A stretch of DNA of 64,000 bases, taken from assembly GCA_963749895.1 (NCBI GenBank), contig CAVVOG010000001.1, positions 1,046,901 through 1,110,900 of the forward strand. The letters are read 5' to 3'. This DNA comes from an uncultured Actinomycetes bacterium (GTDB taxonomy: Bacteria; Actinomycetota; UBA4738; HRBIN12). Under the pieces are notes generated by a model. The model was not told where the DNA came from. It did not search any database and saw only the letters and a program-made list of their open reading frames with translations. Of the stretch, positions 19,971 through 29,618 are shown piece after piece (within the stretch, counting starts at the first letter, position 1; each line of letters opens with the position of its first letter). The translations under genes and the position numbers were made by a program.

Positions 19971-20684
19971 TCAGCGGGATACGGAGACCAGCAGTTCGGC
20001 GAGGCGCTCGGGTTGCTCGCGGTAGGGACCGTGGTCGGTGTCGATCTCGACGACGTCGGCGCTCACCGACGCGGCCATCGCCCGTTGGGCGTCGGGAGGG
20101 ACCAACGAGTCGGCGGTCGTGAGGATGTAGCTGGTGCGGCTGGTCCGCAGCGCGCCCTGCCACGGCTGGCGGAGCGCCGCGATCCCCTGTGGGCGCTGCG
20201 TCCGCTCGAGGACGGACCGGACCGTCGCCTGCTCGGAGGGCTCGAGCGCCGAGACGTATCGGTCGATGTCGAGGGCGCAGAGCCCCGGCCCGGCGCTGAC
20301 GATCAGGCCGCCGAACGCGGCGAGGCCCGCCGCCTCGTCCCCACCGGCGAACGGATCGCCGCCCGCGAACAGGTCCAGCACGGAGACGCCGGGCCGTGGG
20401 ACCCATGCGGCGAGGTACACGATCGGCAGATCGGGATGCTCCGCGGCGATCGTGGAGGCCGTGAAACCGCCGAACGAGTAGCCGACCAGCACGACGTCGG
20501 TCAGGTCAGCGGGGAGGGCGGCGCGCGCCGCGGCCGCGTAGTCCTCCAGGCCGGCGTTCGGATCGTCGCACGGCAGATCGACGGCGACCATCGAGTGGCC
20601 CGACGCCTCGAGCGGCGCGATCAAAGGATCCATCACGATGGGTCTGTCCCACGCCCCCGGAACGATGACGAACGTTGACACCAC
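19971..20684 (-). CDS. alpha/beta hydrolase
   Basis: GYSFGG nucleophile elbow (GxSxG). Confidence 0.75.
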   Translation of the reverse strand: MVSTFVIVPGAWDRPIVMDPLIAPLEASGHSMVAVDLPCDDPNAGLEDYAAAARAALPADLTDVVLVGYSFGGFTASTIAAEHPDLPIVYLAAWVPRPGVSVLDLFAGGDPFAGGDEAAGLAAFGGLIVSAGPGLCALDIDRYVSALEPSEQATVRSVLERTQRPQGIAALRQPWQGALRTSRTSYILTTADSLVPPDAQRAMAASVSADVVEIDTDHGPYREQPERLAELLVSVSR

Positions 20685-20788
20685 CGCCTCCTCGTGCTCG
20701 ACGTCTCAGGTCGTGGAGCCTCTCACGTTCTGGGCCGAGGACGTGCGGTGCAGGTGGGGCGCGTTCTCGGTCGCACGGGCACCGTGCT

Positions 20789-23239
20789 TCACACGATGAT
20801 GCGCTCTCTCCTCGGGTCGTAGAGGGGCGTGAGCGACACGGTCACCGGGTAGCGCGTGCCCACGATGTCGAGCTCCCAGCTGCCGCTGTTGATGAAGTCG
20901 TCGGTGACGTTCTCCTCGAGTTCGACGCTCGCCAGCCCGACGCCTCCTCCGAGCGTGTGGCCGTAGGCGCCGTTCTCCACCTCGCCCACCCGTTCGCCGT
21001 CGCGGTAGAGCTGCTCGCGCTCGTACAGGAGGGGCTCGGGATCGTCGACGAGCACCTGCACGAGGCGCGAGGTGAGCACTCCGGAGTCGCGCTGGGCCAC
21101 CATGGCGTCCTTGCCGATGAAGTTCGGCTTGTCCCAGGCGACGGCCCAGCCCAGCCCGGCCCCGAGCAGCGTGTCGGAGTTGTCGATGTCGAGCCCGTAG
21201 TCGCGGTAGGCCTTCTCCAGTCGCAACGAGTTCAACGCGCCGAGCCCCGCGTGCGCGAGGCCGAGATCCCGGCCGGCTTCGAGGAGCGCGTCGTAGACGG
21301 TCAGCGCGAAGTCGTTCGGGATGTGCAGCTCCCAGCCGAGCTCGCCGAGATAGGTGACGCGGATCGCGAGCGCGACCCCGTGATACGCGTCGATCTCCTG
21401 CGCGCTCATGTAGGGGAAGGCGTCGTTGGACAGGTCCGCGGTCGTCAGACGCGACAGGAGCTCGCGCGACCTCGGGCCTTGGACCGAGAGCAGCGTGCGG
21501 GCGCTCGTCATGTCGGTCACCGTCACGAACTCACCGTCGGCCCTGTGGCGCTCGAGCCACGCGATCATCCGACGCTGGATGATGTCGGCCCCGATCACCA
21601 TGAATCGGTCCTCGCCGAGGCGCGTGATCGTCAGGTCCGTCCAGATGGCGCCCTTGGGCGTGCACCAGTGCGTGTACACGATCTTCCCGACGGGCACGTC
21701 GATCTGGCCCGCGCTCACCCGGTTGAGCAGGGCCAGCGCGTCCGGTCCCTGGACGAGCAGGCTGGCCATGAACGTCATGTCCATGACCCCGACCGCCTCA
21801 CGGACCGCGCGGTGCTCGGCCGCGGTCGCGTCGAAGGCCTGGTCCCGACCCCAGGTCTGCGCACGCTCGTGTGACACGCCGGGTGCGGCGAACCACCCCG
21901 GGACCTCGTAGCCCGTCAAGGGCGTGAAGTCCGCCCCCGCGTCGGCGAGACGGTCGTGGATCACGGAGCGCCGCACGTCGCGCGCGTAGCGGGGGTTCCA
22001 CGATGGGAAGAAGGAGTCGCCGAACGAATCGCCGAGCAGCTCGACCGTCCGCTCCTTCCGGAAGGAGCGGTTCTTCATGAACGGCAGCAGGCGGTCGGGA
22101 TGGATCCCCGTGACGTCCACGGGGGGCTCGCCGTCTTGGATCCACTGGGCCACCATCGAACCGACCCCGCCAGCGAACAGGATGCCCAGGGAGTTCAGTC
22201 CGCACGCCGCGTAGAAGCCGCGGAGCTCGGGAACCTCGCCGATCAAAGGCCCGTTGTCCGGCGTGAAGCTCTCGGGGCCGCAGAAGAACTGGCGGATCCC
22301 GACGGACGCCAACGACGGGAAGCGGTCCAGCGCGGTGGCGAGGAACCCGCTGGTGCGCTCCCAGTCCGGCGGCAACACGGCGAATCCGAGGTCTTCCGGG
22401 ATGCTGTCGAGCGACCAGGGGCCGGCCTCCGGCTCGAACAGACCGACCAGCATGCCGCCGCCTTCCTCGCGGTAGTAGCCGTAGCGGTCGGGATCCTCGA
22501 CCACCGGTGCGTTCGTATCGGCCCACTCGACCTCGTCGGTCAGCAGGTAGTAGTGCTCGGCAGCCTGGAGCGGCAGCGAGACGCCGGCGAGCTCGCCGAG
22601 CTGGCGGCCCCACATGCCGGCCGCGACGACGACCGTCTCGGTCTCGATCGTCCCCTGATCCGTCACCACGCCGGTCACGCGGCCGTCGGCCTGCGTGAAG
22701 CCGGTCACCGGGACGCCCTCGATGATCGTGGCGCCGCCCATGCGGGCCCCCTTGGCGAACGCCATCGCGATGTCGGCCGGGTTGGCCCGACCCTCGTCGG
22801 GCACCCAGGCAGCCGCGAGGATGTCGTCGGTCCTGATGGTGGGCCAGTGTCGCTGGACCTCTTCGGGGCCGACCATCTCGATCGGGACGCCATGGGCCTT
22901 GGCGAAGATCGCCTCTCGCGTGACCGTCTCGACCCGCTGAGGGGTGGAGGCGATATGGAGATGTCCGATCGTGCGGAACCCGGTGTCCTGGCCCGTCTCC
23001 TCGGTGAGCTTGGGGAGCAGTTCGGTCGTGTAGCGCGACATCCACAGGAACGTCTCCGTGGGCATGCCGGCGCTGGTGATCAGGCCGGCGGCATGCCAGG
23101 TGGTTCCGGAGGTGAGCTCCTTGCGTTCGAGGAGCACCACGTCGGTGATGCCGAGCTTCGTGAGGTGGTACGCGATGCTGGTGCCGATCACGCCGCCGCC
23201 GATCACCACGACCTGAGCGCGCTGCGGGATGTCGGTCAT
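20789..23239 (-). CDS. dimethylglycine/sarcosine dehydrogenase-like protein (N-terminal FAD oxidoreductase fused to C-terminal GcvT aminomethyltransferase domain)
   Basis: 816 aa. VVIGGGVIGTSIAYHL FAD fold at the N-terminus, aminomethyltransferase fold in the C-terminal 400 aa. Confidence 0.9.
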   Translation of the reverse strand: MTDIPQRAQVVVIGGGVIGTSIAYHLTKLGITDVVLLERKELTSGTTWHAAGLITSAGMPTETFLWMSRYTTELLPKLTEETGQDTGFRTIGHLHIASTPQRVETVTREAIFAKAHGVPIEMVGPEEVQRHWPTIRTDDILAAAWVPDEGRANPADIAMAFAKGARMGGATIIEGVPVTGFTQADGRVTGVVTDQGTIETETVVVAAGMWGRQLGELAGVSLPLQAAEHYYLLTDEVEWADTNAPVVEDPDRYGYYREEGGGMLVGLFEPEAGPWSLDSIPEDLGFAVLPPDWERTSGFLATALDRFPSLASVGIRQFFCGPESFTPDNGPLIGEVPELRGFYAACGLNSLGILFAGGVGSMVAQWIQDGEPPVDVTGIHPDRLLPFMKNRSFRKERTVELLGDSFGDSFFPSWNPRYARDVRRSVIHDRLADAGADFTPLTGYEVPGWFAAPGVSHERAQTWGRDQAFDATAAEHRAVREAVGVMDMTFMASLLVQGPDALALLNRVSAGQIDVPVGKIVYTHWCTPKGAIWTDLTITRLGEDRFMVIGADIIQRRMIAWLERHRADGEFVTVTDMTSARTLLSVQGPRSRELLSRLTTADLSNDAFPYMSAQEIDAYHGVALAIRVTYLGELGWELHIPNDFALTVYDALLEAGRDLGLAHAGLGALNSLRLEKAYRDYGLDIDNSDTLLGAGLGWAVAWDKPNFIGKDAMVAQRDSGVLTSRLVQVLVDDPEPLLYEREQLYRDGERVGEVENGAYGHTLGGGVGLASVELEENVTDDFINSGSWELDIVGTRYPVTVSLTPLYDPRRERIIV

Positions 23240-23272
23240 GTGTCGCCTCCTGTCGCGTCGCGGGTCACGAGG

Positions 23273-24451
23273 TCATGGAGAGGGCTCTCGCGGCGTATCC
23301 GGTTGATCGGCCATCGTCGGATCTCGAGGGTCGCTACGTGGCCGACGCTTCTCGGGGTCGTCGATCGGCACCGGGTGCACGCGGCCCGGGGAGCCACCGA
23401 CGTCCACGCGGCCTCCCGGGGCGGCATAGGCAGCGTCCAGGACCGCCAACGCGAGGGTCCCGAAGCGAGGCGTGGTGTCAGCGCTTCGGACGTCCCCGAC
23501 GGTCGTTCCGCCGACTTCGACCGGCGCGCCGTGTTCGGGTGCTGACTCACCCTCGAGCGCGAGCGTCACGAACCGTCGCTGCGGGTCCTCCACCCGCTCC
23601 TTCACCGCATCGCGACCGACGAAATCGTGGCCATCGAAGTCGATGAACCGTTCCATCCCGAGGTCAAGAGGGTCGGTCTCACCGGGCCAGTAGTCCTCTT
23701 CCGCGATGAGCAGGCCGGCCTCGATCCGGACCTTCTCGATGGCATCCAAGCCGATCGGCGCTGCACCCGCGCTGGCGACCGCATCCCAGAGGCCCTCGGC
23801 ACCGTCATCCCCATCCAGCAGGTAGAACTCGTAGCCGAGCTCCCCCGTGAAGCCGGCGCGCACCACGAGCCCCCTCACTCCCGCGATCTCGATCGGGTCG
23901 GGGAGGCAGCGGAACCAGCGGAGCGAGGCGAGGTCCGTGTGCGTCAGTTGCGAGAGCACTTCGAACGAACGGGGCCCTTGCACGGCGAGGCTCGGGATCG
24001 CCCGGCTGACATCCTCGATGGTGAGGTCCATCCCGACGGTGTGGGCGGCCATGTGGCCTGTGAAGCCGGCCCGCTGATCGTTCCCGAACAGGTATGCCTC
24101 CTCGGGAGACACGACGATGACGGTCGCCTCGTCGAGCATCAGGCCCTGCTCATCGAGGAGCATCCCGTAGCGCACGACACCGGGCTCAGCGCGGGCGAGT
24201 CGCCGCGTGAACAGCCGATCGAGCGCCGAGAGCGTGTCCCGACCCGTGAGGTGGAACTTGACCAAGGCGTACGTGTCCCACAGGGCCGCGCCCTTGCGGA
24301 CCGACCAGTACTCCGACACCGGGTCCCCGAAGGTGGCGGTCCATAGCGAGCCGTAGTCCTCGTAGAAGGTGCCACCCACCGCACGCTGTCTCTCGTGCCA
24401 CGGGCCGACGTCGATGTCTGAAGAGATGCTCTCCGTTGCGATCGGTTCCAC
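23273..24451 (-). CDS. aminomethyltransferase (GcvT) family protein
   Basis: 392 aa. VVRAGFTGELGYEFY motif. Upstream of the DMGDH-like gene on the same strand. Confidence 0.8.
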   Translation of the reverse strand: MEPIATESISSDIDVGPWHERQRAVGGTFYEDYGSLWTATFGDPVSEYWSVRKGAALWDTYALVKFHLTGRDTLSALDRLFTRRLARAEPGVVRYGMLLDEQGLMLDEATVIVVSPEEAYLFGNDQRAGFTGHMAAHTVGMDLTIEDVSRAIPSLAVQGPRSFEVLSQLTHTDLASLRWFRCLPDPIEIAGVRGLVVRAGFTGELGYEFYLLDGDDGAEGLWDAVASAGAAPIGLDAIEKVRIEAGLLIAEEDYWPGETDPLDLGMERFIDFDGHDFVGRDAVKERVEDPQRRFVTLALEGESAPEHGAPVEVGGTTVGDVRSADTTPRFGTLALAVLDAAYAAPGGRVDVGGSPGRVHPVPIDDPEKRRPRSDPRDPTMADQPDTPREPSP

Positions 24452-24475
24452 GTGATCCTCCGATCTGATCGATCC

Positions 24476-24850
24476 CTACGCGTCGGAAACCAGGCAGAAC
24501 TCGTTGCCTTCGGGGTCGAGCATCACCCGGAACACGACGTCGTACTCGCGGACGTCGCCCTGCTCCACCCGGATAGCACCCAACCCGATGACCCGCCGGC
24601 ACGCCTCCTCGATGTCGCCGACGCGCAGGTCGAGGTGGATCCTGTCCTTGACGGTCTTCGGCTCGGGGACCCTCTGGAACCGCAGCACGGGGGATCCGTC
24701 GGTCCCGGCGAGATCGATGTACTGCACGGGATCGCCGCCGCGCCACTCCTCGACGGTCCCGAAGACCGAGGCCCAGAAGGCCGCCAGGCGCTCGGGGTCG
24801 TGGCAGTCGATCGTCACCGAGTCGAGTCGAGCGATCCGATCCTCGTTCAT
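24476..24850 (-). CDS. VOC (glyoxalase/bleomycin-resistance fold) family protein
   Basis: 124 aa. HLDLRV and EGNEF metal-ligand-like positions. Confidence 0.7.
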   Translation of the reverse strand: MNEDRIARLDSVTIDCHDPERLAAFWASVFGTVEEWRGGDPVQYIDLAGTDGSPVLRFQRVPEPKTVKDRIHLDLRVGDIEEACRRVIGLGAIRVEQGDVREYDVVFRVMLDPEGNEFCLVSDA

Positions 24851-26486
24851 CGACCTCGTCCCCGCCTCCGTGGGCGGTCTCGCTTGCGATCCCTGACGAT
24901 CTCGCGGACGACGTGATGGCCGGGGAGCCCGGTCACGCCACCGCCGGCGTGCGTGGCGGAGGACGCCTGATAGAGCCCGCGGATCGGCGTGCGGTAGTCG
25001 GCGTAACCGGGCGCGGGCCGCATGTGGAACAGCTGGTCCGTGGACAGCTCACCGTGGAAGATGTTGCCGCCGATCAGGCCCCACTCGTTCTCCATCTGCC
25101 ACGGCCCGATGACCTGGCGGCCCACGATCGCGTCCTTGAGGCCCGGCATGAAGTCGTCGTGGATGTCCACGAGTCGGTCCGCGTACGCCTCGAGCTCGTC
25201 CTGGTTGCGCTCCTGCGCCCACTCGTGCGGCACCCACTGCGTGAACATCGACATCACGTGCATGCCCTCCGGCGCGAGCGTCGGGTCGTAGTAGCTCGGG
25301 ATGCAGGTCTCCGAGAAGGGCGCGGTGGAGGCCTTCCCGTCCCTCGCCTCCTCGAACGCCTTCTCGAGGTACCGGATGGTGGGGGAGACCATGATCGAGG
25401 AGCCGGCGATCTCCGGATCCTCACCGCTCGGGTCGTCGCGGAAGGCAGGCATGCGCGAGAGCGCCAGGTTGACCTTGACGGTCCCGCTGCGCGTCTTCCA
25501 GTTCTCGATGTCGCGGACGAACTCGCCGGGCAGGTCCTGCCTGGCGATCTGCTCCAGGAACGTGATCTTCGGGTGGCAGGCCGAGATGACCAGCGTGCTC
25601 GGTACTCCTCGCCCGCCGCGGTCACCACGCCGCGCGCCGCGCCGGCCTCGACCAGGATGCGCTCGACCCGACTCCCGACCCGGATCTCGGCGCCGAAGGA
25701 CTCCGCGCTCGACTGCAGCGCGCCGGCCACGGCTCCCATGCCGCCGATCGGGTATCCCCACTCCGAGAGGTTGCCGTCGCCGAGGTCGCCGACGGCGTGG
25801 TGCAGCAAGACGTAGGCGGTTCCCGGCTCCTCGGGTCCGGCCCACGTGCCGATGATGCCGTTGGTCGCGATGAGCGCCTTGAGCTCCGTGGACTCGAACC
25901 ATTCGTCGAGCAGGTCCGCAGCGCTCATGGTGAAGAGCTTGGTGATGTCGGCGGCGAGGCGGGAGCTCATGCCGGACCGATGCCGCAGGGCGAAGCGGAC
26001 CTGGTCCGCGAGATCCCCTGGTGCGACCGATCCGAGCTCGGGCGGAGTCTCCATCAGGAGCGGGCCGAGGAAGTCCGCACTGCGTGCGAGCCAGGCCGAC
26101 CAGTCCTCGTGGGCGTCGGCATCCGTTTCCGAGAAGTGGGACAGGGTCTCGCGGAACCGACCGCCCTTCCCCTCGTCATCGCGGATACCGCCCGACCCGG
26201 GTTGGGGGGCGTAGGAGCCTCCCATGGGCACGACCCGGTACCCGAAGGCCTCGAGACGCAGGTCGCGGACGATCGACGGCGGCATGAGGCTCATCACGTA
26301 GGAGAGCGTCGTGACCTTGACGTCGGGGTGCTCCGGGAACGGGGAGGAGGTGTCGGCGGCGCCACCCGTCTTGTCACGGGATTCGAGCACCACGACCCTC
26401 GCCCCTATCTTGGCGAGGTACGCAGCGGCGACGAGCCCATTGTGACCTCCGCCGACGACGATCACGTCGTACCGATCCGTAGCCAT
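24847..26486 (-). pseudogene. phytoene-desaturase (CrtI)-family FAD oxidoreductase interrupted by a 1-nt frameshift (pseudogene or assembly indel)
   Basis: N-terminal part MATDRYDVIVVGGGHNGL...VTAAGEEY (track ORF 25254..26489; ATG 26486 with GGGAGG RBS). C-terminal part (VP)STLVISACHPKITFLEQ...GGGVTGLPGHHV lies in another frame (ORF 24847..25902). Junction is near 25596-25615. Confidence 0.6.
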
Positions 26487-26542
26487 CAACGGTCCTCCCT
26501 CGTGCTCGGCGAAGACTGTCCGTCGCCACCCTACCGGTCATC

Positions 26543-27175
26543 GTGGATCGTCCGCGGTCCGGATCCGAAGGGGCCTCCGACCTGCCGTGGGAGGTCCACC
26601 AGGAACGCCGACACCGCGTTCTCAGGGGAGTCCCGAGATTCGATGCTTTCGTGTTCGTACCGCAGCCGGAAGGGGGCCCTTACGAGGTGGTCGCGTACGG
26701 TACCGACGGCGAGGTCCTGTTCTCGTCGCTCCCTCCGCTCACCGACACGGAGCGGATCGGGACGGTCCAAGCGTTCGGGACGACGTGGGACGTGAAGCTC
26801 TCGACGGCGGCGGACGGCTACTGGGCGGCGCCGTGCATCGAACCCGCGGCGACGAGCACGCTCGAGCCGTGTGAACGCGGGTGGGGCGACGGTTCGCTCG
26901 TGCAGGCGTTCGAAGCGCCCGTGCCCGCCGTGTTCGTCACGAACTACCAAGGCGTGGACGCGGTCGACGTCCTGACCGACGACGGCCGGCGGTACCCGGC
27001 GGTGATGGTCGCGACCAGCGATGGCGGGTCCGTCGCCGTGGTCGCGCTCGAGGGGGCGGGCGAGGGCAGGTTCATCTACCGGTACGACGGCAAGGTCGAC
27101 GAGAGCCGTCGGGGGGTCGTCGAGTGGTCCGACGTCGGCCAGGTCATCGGGGAGCTTCGCATCGTAGGACCGTGA
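26543..27175 (+). CDS. hypothetical protein
   Basis: High-GC3 ORF with no recognisable motif. The competing minus ORF 26531..27355 is Arg-rich antisense. Start is uncertain. Confidence 0.4.
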   Translation: MDRPRSGSEGASDLPWEVHQERRHRVLRGVPRFDAFVFVPQPEGGPYEVVAYGTDGEVLFSSLPPLTDTERIGTVQAFGTTWDVKLSTAADGYWAAPCIEPAATSTLEPCERGWGDGSLVQAFEAPVPAVFVTNYQGVDAVDVLTDDGRRYPAVMVATSDGGSVAVVALEGAGEGRFIYRYDGKVDESRRGVVEWSDVGQVIGELRIVGP

Positions 27176-27514
27176 CCGATCGTGAGGCGCAATCAGGCAC
27201 GGATCGGAGGAGAACATGTGGCGACGCCGTCGAGCTGCCCTCGGAGCAGTCGAGGATCTCCCACCGGTGAAGAGGGGTACCTCCCATGAAGTGGGCGGAC
27301 CCGACTCCATGGGCTCACCCCTCCGGATGATCGCTGTCGCCGTCGTGGCCCTCATCGTCGTCGGATGTGGAACGAACGACGACTCCTCAACCGCGCCGGA
27401 CAGGACGCTCGAGCCGCACCACTCGGCGTAGAAGTCGACGACGATCGGACCGGGACGGGTCGTGAGTCACGATCGAACGTCTCGGCGACGGCGCCGTCCA
27501 TGACCGGCATCGAT

Positions 27515-28825
27515 CTACCCCTGCCCGTACACGCTCGTCTCGGGGTGGAAGGCCGCCCAGTCGAACCAGAAGCTGTCGATCGCGACCCCGACCTCGAGCT
27601 GGGTGCCCGCCATCGGCCCCTCGACCCCGTGCCCGGTGATCGCCCAGCGCGTGCCGGTCTCGGCGTCGACGATGTCGCCGCCCCGGACCTCGAAGCTGAG
27701 CCGCTGCCCGTCGGCGACGGGCACGTAGGCGGCGGCCGCACCGATGTCGGCGGACTCCGAGATCGTGCCCGCGTCGAGGGCCGAGGCGGTGCCCTCCTGC
27801 CAGAACACGACCAGTCGCTGACCGCCGAACGTCCCCTGGACGACCGCGCTCCCAGCGTCGGCCTGCCGCGCCAGCTCGGAGTACGGGAACGCGATCACGT
27901 CGTCGTCGCCCGCGATCCCGAGGACGTGTTCGGTCGCGGGGAGCCGCGGGTCGACCTCGCCCCGGAACAGGAACGGATCGTCGGTGTCCTCGTAGCCGAC
28001 GTAGGGGTTCGAGCCGTAGTCGCGCCGGTGCCCCGTGTCCTGCGACAGCACGAGGCCCTCGGGGTGCGCCTCGAACCAGTCGGCCCACGACAGGATCCGG
28101 GCCGGGACGAAGTCGAGCTCGGTGCCCGTGAGCGGGCCCATCACCGCCTGGCCCGTGGCCTGCGGCCAGTACGACTCGGTCTGCCGGTCGTACATCACGA
28201 GGTTCGAGTTGTAGAGCTTGCCGCTGGTGCCGAAGTCGAGCAGCTCGCCGTCGATCGTCGGACGTTCGAAGGCGATGCCCGTGTTGCACAGGGGGCAGTA
28301 GGTGACGACGACGGGGGTCCCGTCGAAGTCGTCGTTCACGATCTCGTGCCACATCAAGATCCGGATCGGGTACGCCTTCGCGACCCCGTCGACCTCGACC
28401 GCGATCACCGGTTCGGGGGGTTCGAGGAAGTCGACCTGCGCCGGCTCGAGGAACGTCGGCTCGTCGATCGGCGGGATCCCGTCGGGCGGGGGGCCGCCCG
28501 AGATGATCTCGTCGGGGTCGATCAGCGGCGCAGGCCCGTCCTGCGGCTCCTGGTCGTCCGTGGCCGACGGGGTGGCGCCGGTGGACGACGCCACCGTGGG
28601 GTCGTCGATGTCGCTCGACGTGCACGCGGCGGCGAGGAGCGCCAAGCCGATCGCCGCGGCCGCGATCCTCGTCGTCCTTGCCGGGGCCTCCTGCCTCGAG
28701 CGCTCGCGGGCTCCGGCCCTCCCTTGGAGGACGCGCGTGGCCTTCGGTCGACCCCCGCTGGTGGCTCCTCCCCGGCGGGGCCCTCGGCCACGTTCGTCTG
28801 GGTCCACCTGGTCGATCCCGCCCAC
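27515..28825 (-). CDS. DUF3179 domain protein, membrane-anchored or lipoprotein-like (LLAAAC)
   Basis: 436 aa. Arg-rich N-tail, then hydrophobic IAAAAIGLALLAAACTSS. Conserved C-terminal region YCPLCNTG...WxxF typical of DUF3179. Start is uncertain (GTG 28825 or 28807). Confidence 0.7.
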   Translation of the reverse strand: MGGIDQVDPDERGRGPRRGGATSGGRPKATRVLQGRAGARERSRQEAPARTTRIAAAAIGLALLAAACTSSDIDDPTVASSTGATPSATDDQEPQDGPAPLIDPDEIISGGPPPDGIPPIDEPTFLEPAQVDFLEPPEPVIAVEVDGVAKAYPIRILMWHEIVNDDFDGTPVVVTYCPLCNTGIAFERPTIDGELLDFGTSGKLYNSNLVMYDRQTESYWPQATGQAVMGPLTGTELDFVPARILSWADWFEAHPEGLVLSQDTGHRRDYGSNPYVGYEDTDDPFLFRGEVDPRLPATEHVLGIAGDDDVIAFPYSELARQADAGSAVVQGTFGGQRLVVFWQEGTASALDAGTISESADIGAAAAYVPVADGQRLSFEVRGGDIVDAETGTRWAITGHGVEGPMAGTQLEVGVAIDSFWFDWAAFHPETSVYGQG

Positions 28826-28829
28826 GGGG

Positions 28830-29444
28830 TCACACCACCCCCAGCTCGTCGGCGATCAGCCCGCGGAGCGTGTCGGCGTCGAGTCCGCCGACCCACACCT
28901 CGGCCACCTCGCCGCCGGGCCGGACGAGGATCGTCGTCGGCATCCCGACCCCGCCGGCGGCGTTGAAGAAGACCCCGTTGCGATCGATCGCGGTTGGGTA
29001 GGTGATCCCCGTCTGCAGGGCGAGCTCGATGCTGGCCTCGGCGGGATCGGCCTGGGAGACGCCGAGGAACCCGACGCGCCCCGCCAACTCCTGATGCACC
29101 TGCTCGAAGTCGGGCATCTCGGCGATGCAGTTCGGGCACCAGGAGGCGAAGAAGTTGATCACCAGCGGCCTGTCAGAGAACGAGGTGTACGACACCGTCC
29201 CGTCACCCTCGAGGGTGGGCAGCTCGAGGCGTTCGAGCCGGCCGCCCGGGCGGACGTCGCCGGCGACCTCGACGCCGGCCGACGCACCGCCGACCAGCCA
29301 CGCGCCGACGAGGACCGCGACCATGAACACCCTCGCGAGGATGCCGACCGTCCTGGCGTGCGCCGCTCGCCGTGCCCCCGTCTGCCGTCTGGCCCGCTCC
29401 TCGCGTGCCTGTGCCTGCCGCTGCCGCTTCGTCGTCGCCGTCAT
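28830..29444 (-). CDS. TlpA/ResA-family thiol-disulfide oxidoreductase (thioredoxin fold), N-terminally membrane anchored
   Basis: FFASWCPNC redox motif. TM GILARVFMVAVLVGAWLVGGA. ATG at 29444 fits the predicted promoter, which would lie inside the gene if the track start 29555 were used. Confidence 0.8.
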   Translation of the reverse strand: MTATTKRQRQAQAREERARRQTGARRAAHARTVGILARVFMVAVLVGAWLVGGASAGVEVAGDVRPGGRLERLELPTLEGDGTVSYTSFSDRPLVINFFASWCPNCIAEMPDFEQVHQELAGRVGFLGVSQADPAEASIELALQTGITYPTAIDRNGVFFNAAGGVGMPTTILVRPGGEVAEVWVGGLDADTLRGLIADELGVV

Positions 29445-29495
29445 CGCTCCGGGTCCTCTCGCCTGGCCGTCTCCCTGGGACCTCCACCTCTGGAT

Positions 29496-29523
29496 GGACG
29501 CACGGACCGTTGCCGCGATTCCC
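29496..29523 (-). promoter_or_regulatory. candidate SigR/SigH-type ECF promoter GGGAAT-N18-GTCC driving tlpA-DUF3179
   Basis: Minus-strand reading GGGAATcgcggcaacggtccgtgcGTCC. It lies 50-80 nt upstream of the TlpA ATG and has the same architecture as the plus-strand motif 60 bp away. Confidence 0.4.
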
Positions 29524-29581
29524 GAGGAGACCCGCGCGATGGCCCGGGTTCGCACGGGTCGATGGCTGTTCGGCCGGGTAA

Positions 29582-29609
29582 GGGAATCATCCGCGAGGCT
29601 GGAGCGTCC
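29582..29609 (+). promoter_or_regulatory. candidate autoregulatory SigR/SigH-type ECF promoter GGGAAT-N18-GTCC upstream of the sigma gene
   Basis: GGGAATcatccgcgaggctggagcGTCC ends 10 nt before ATG 29619, implying a near-leaderless transcript. Confidence 0.4.
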
Positions 29610-29618
29610 TGTTCAACG

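Noticed and set aside
28302-29618. 616-aa plus-strand track ORF extending far upstream of the ECF sigma gene
   Set aside because: The N-terminal 440 codons are antisense to the DUF3179 and TlpA genes and are compositionally aberrant. The real sigma gene starts at ATG 29619, right after the predicted promoter.
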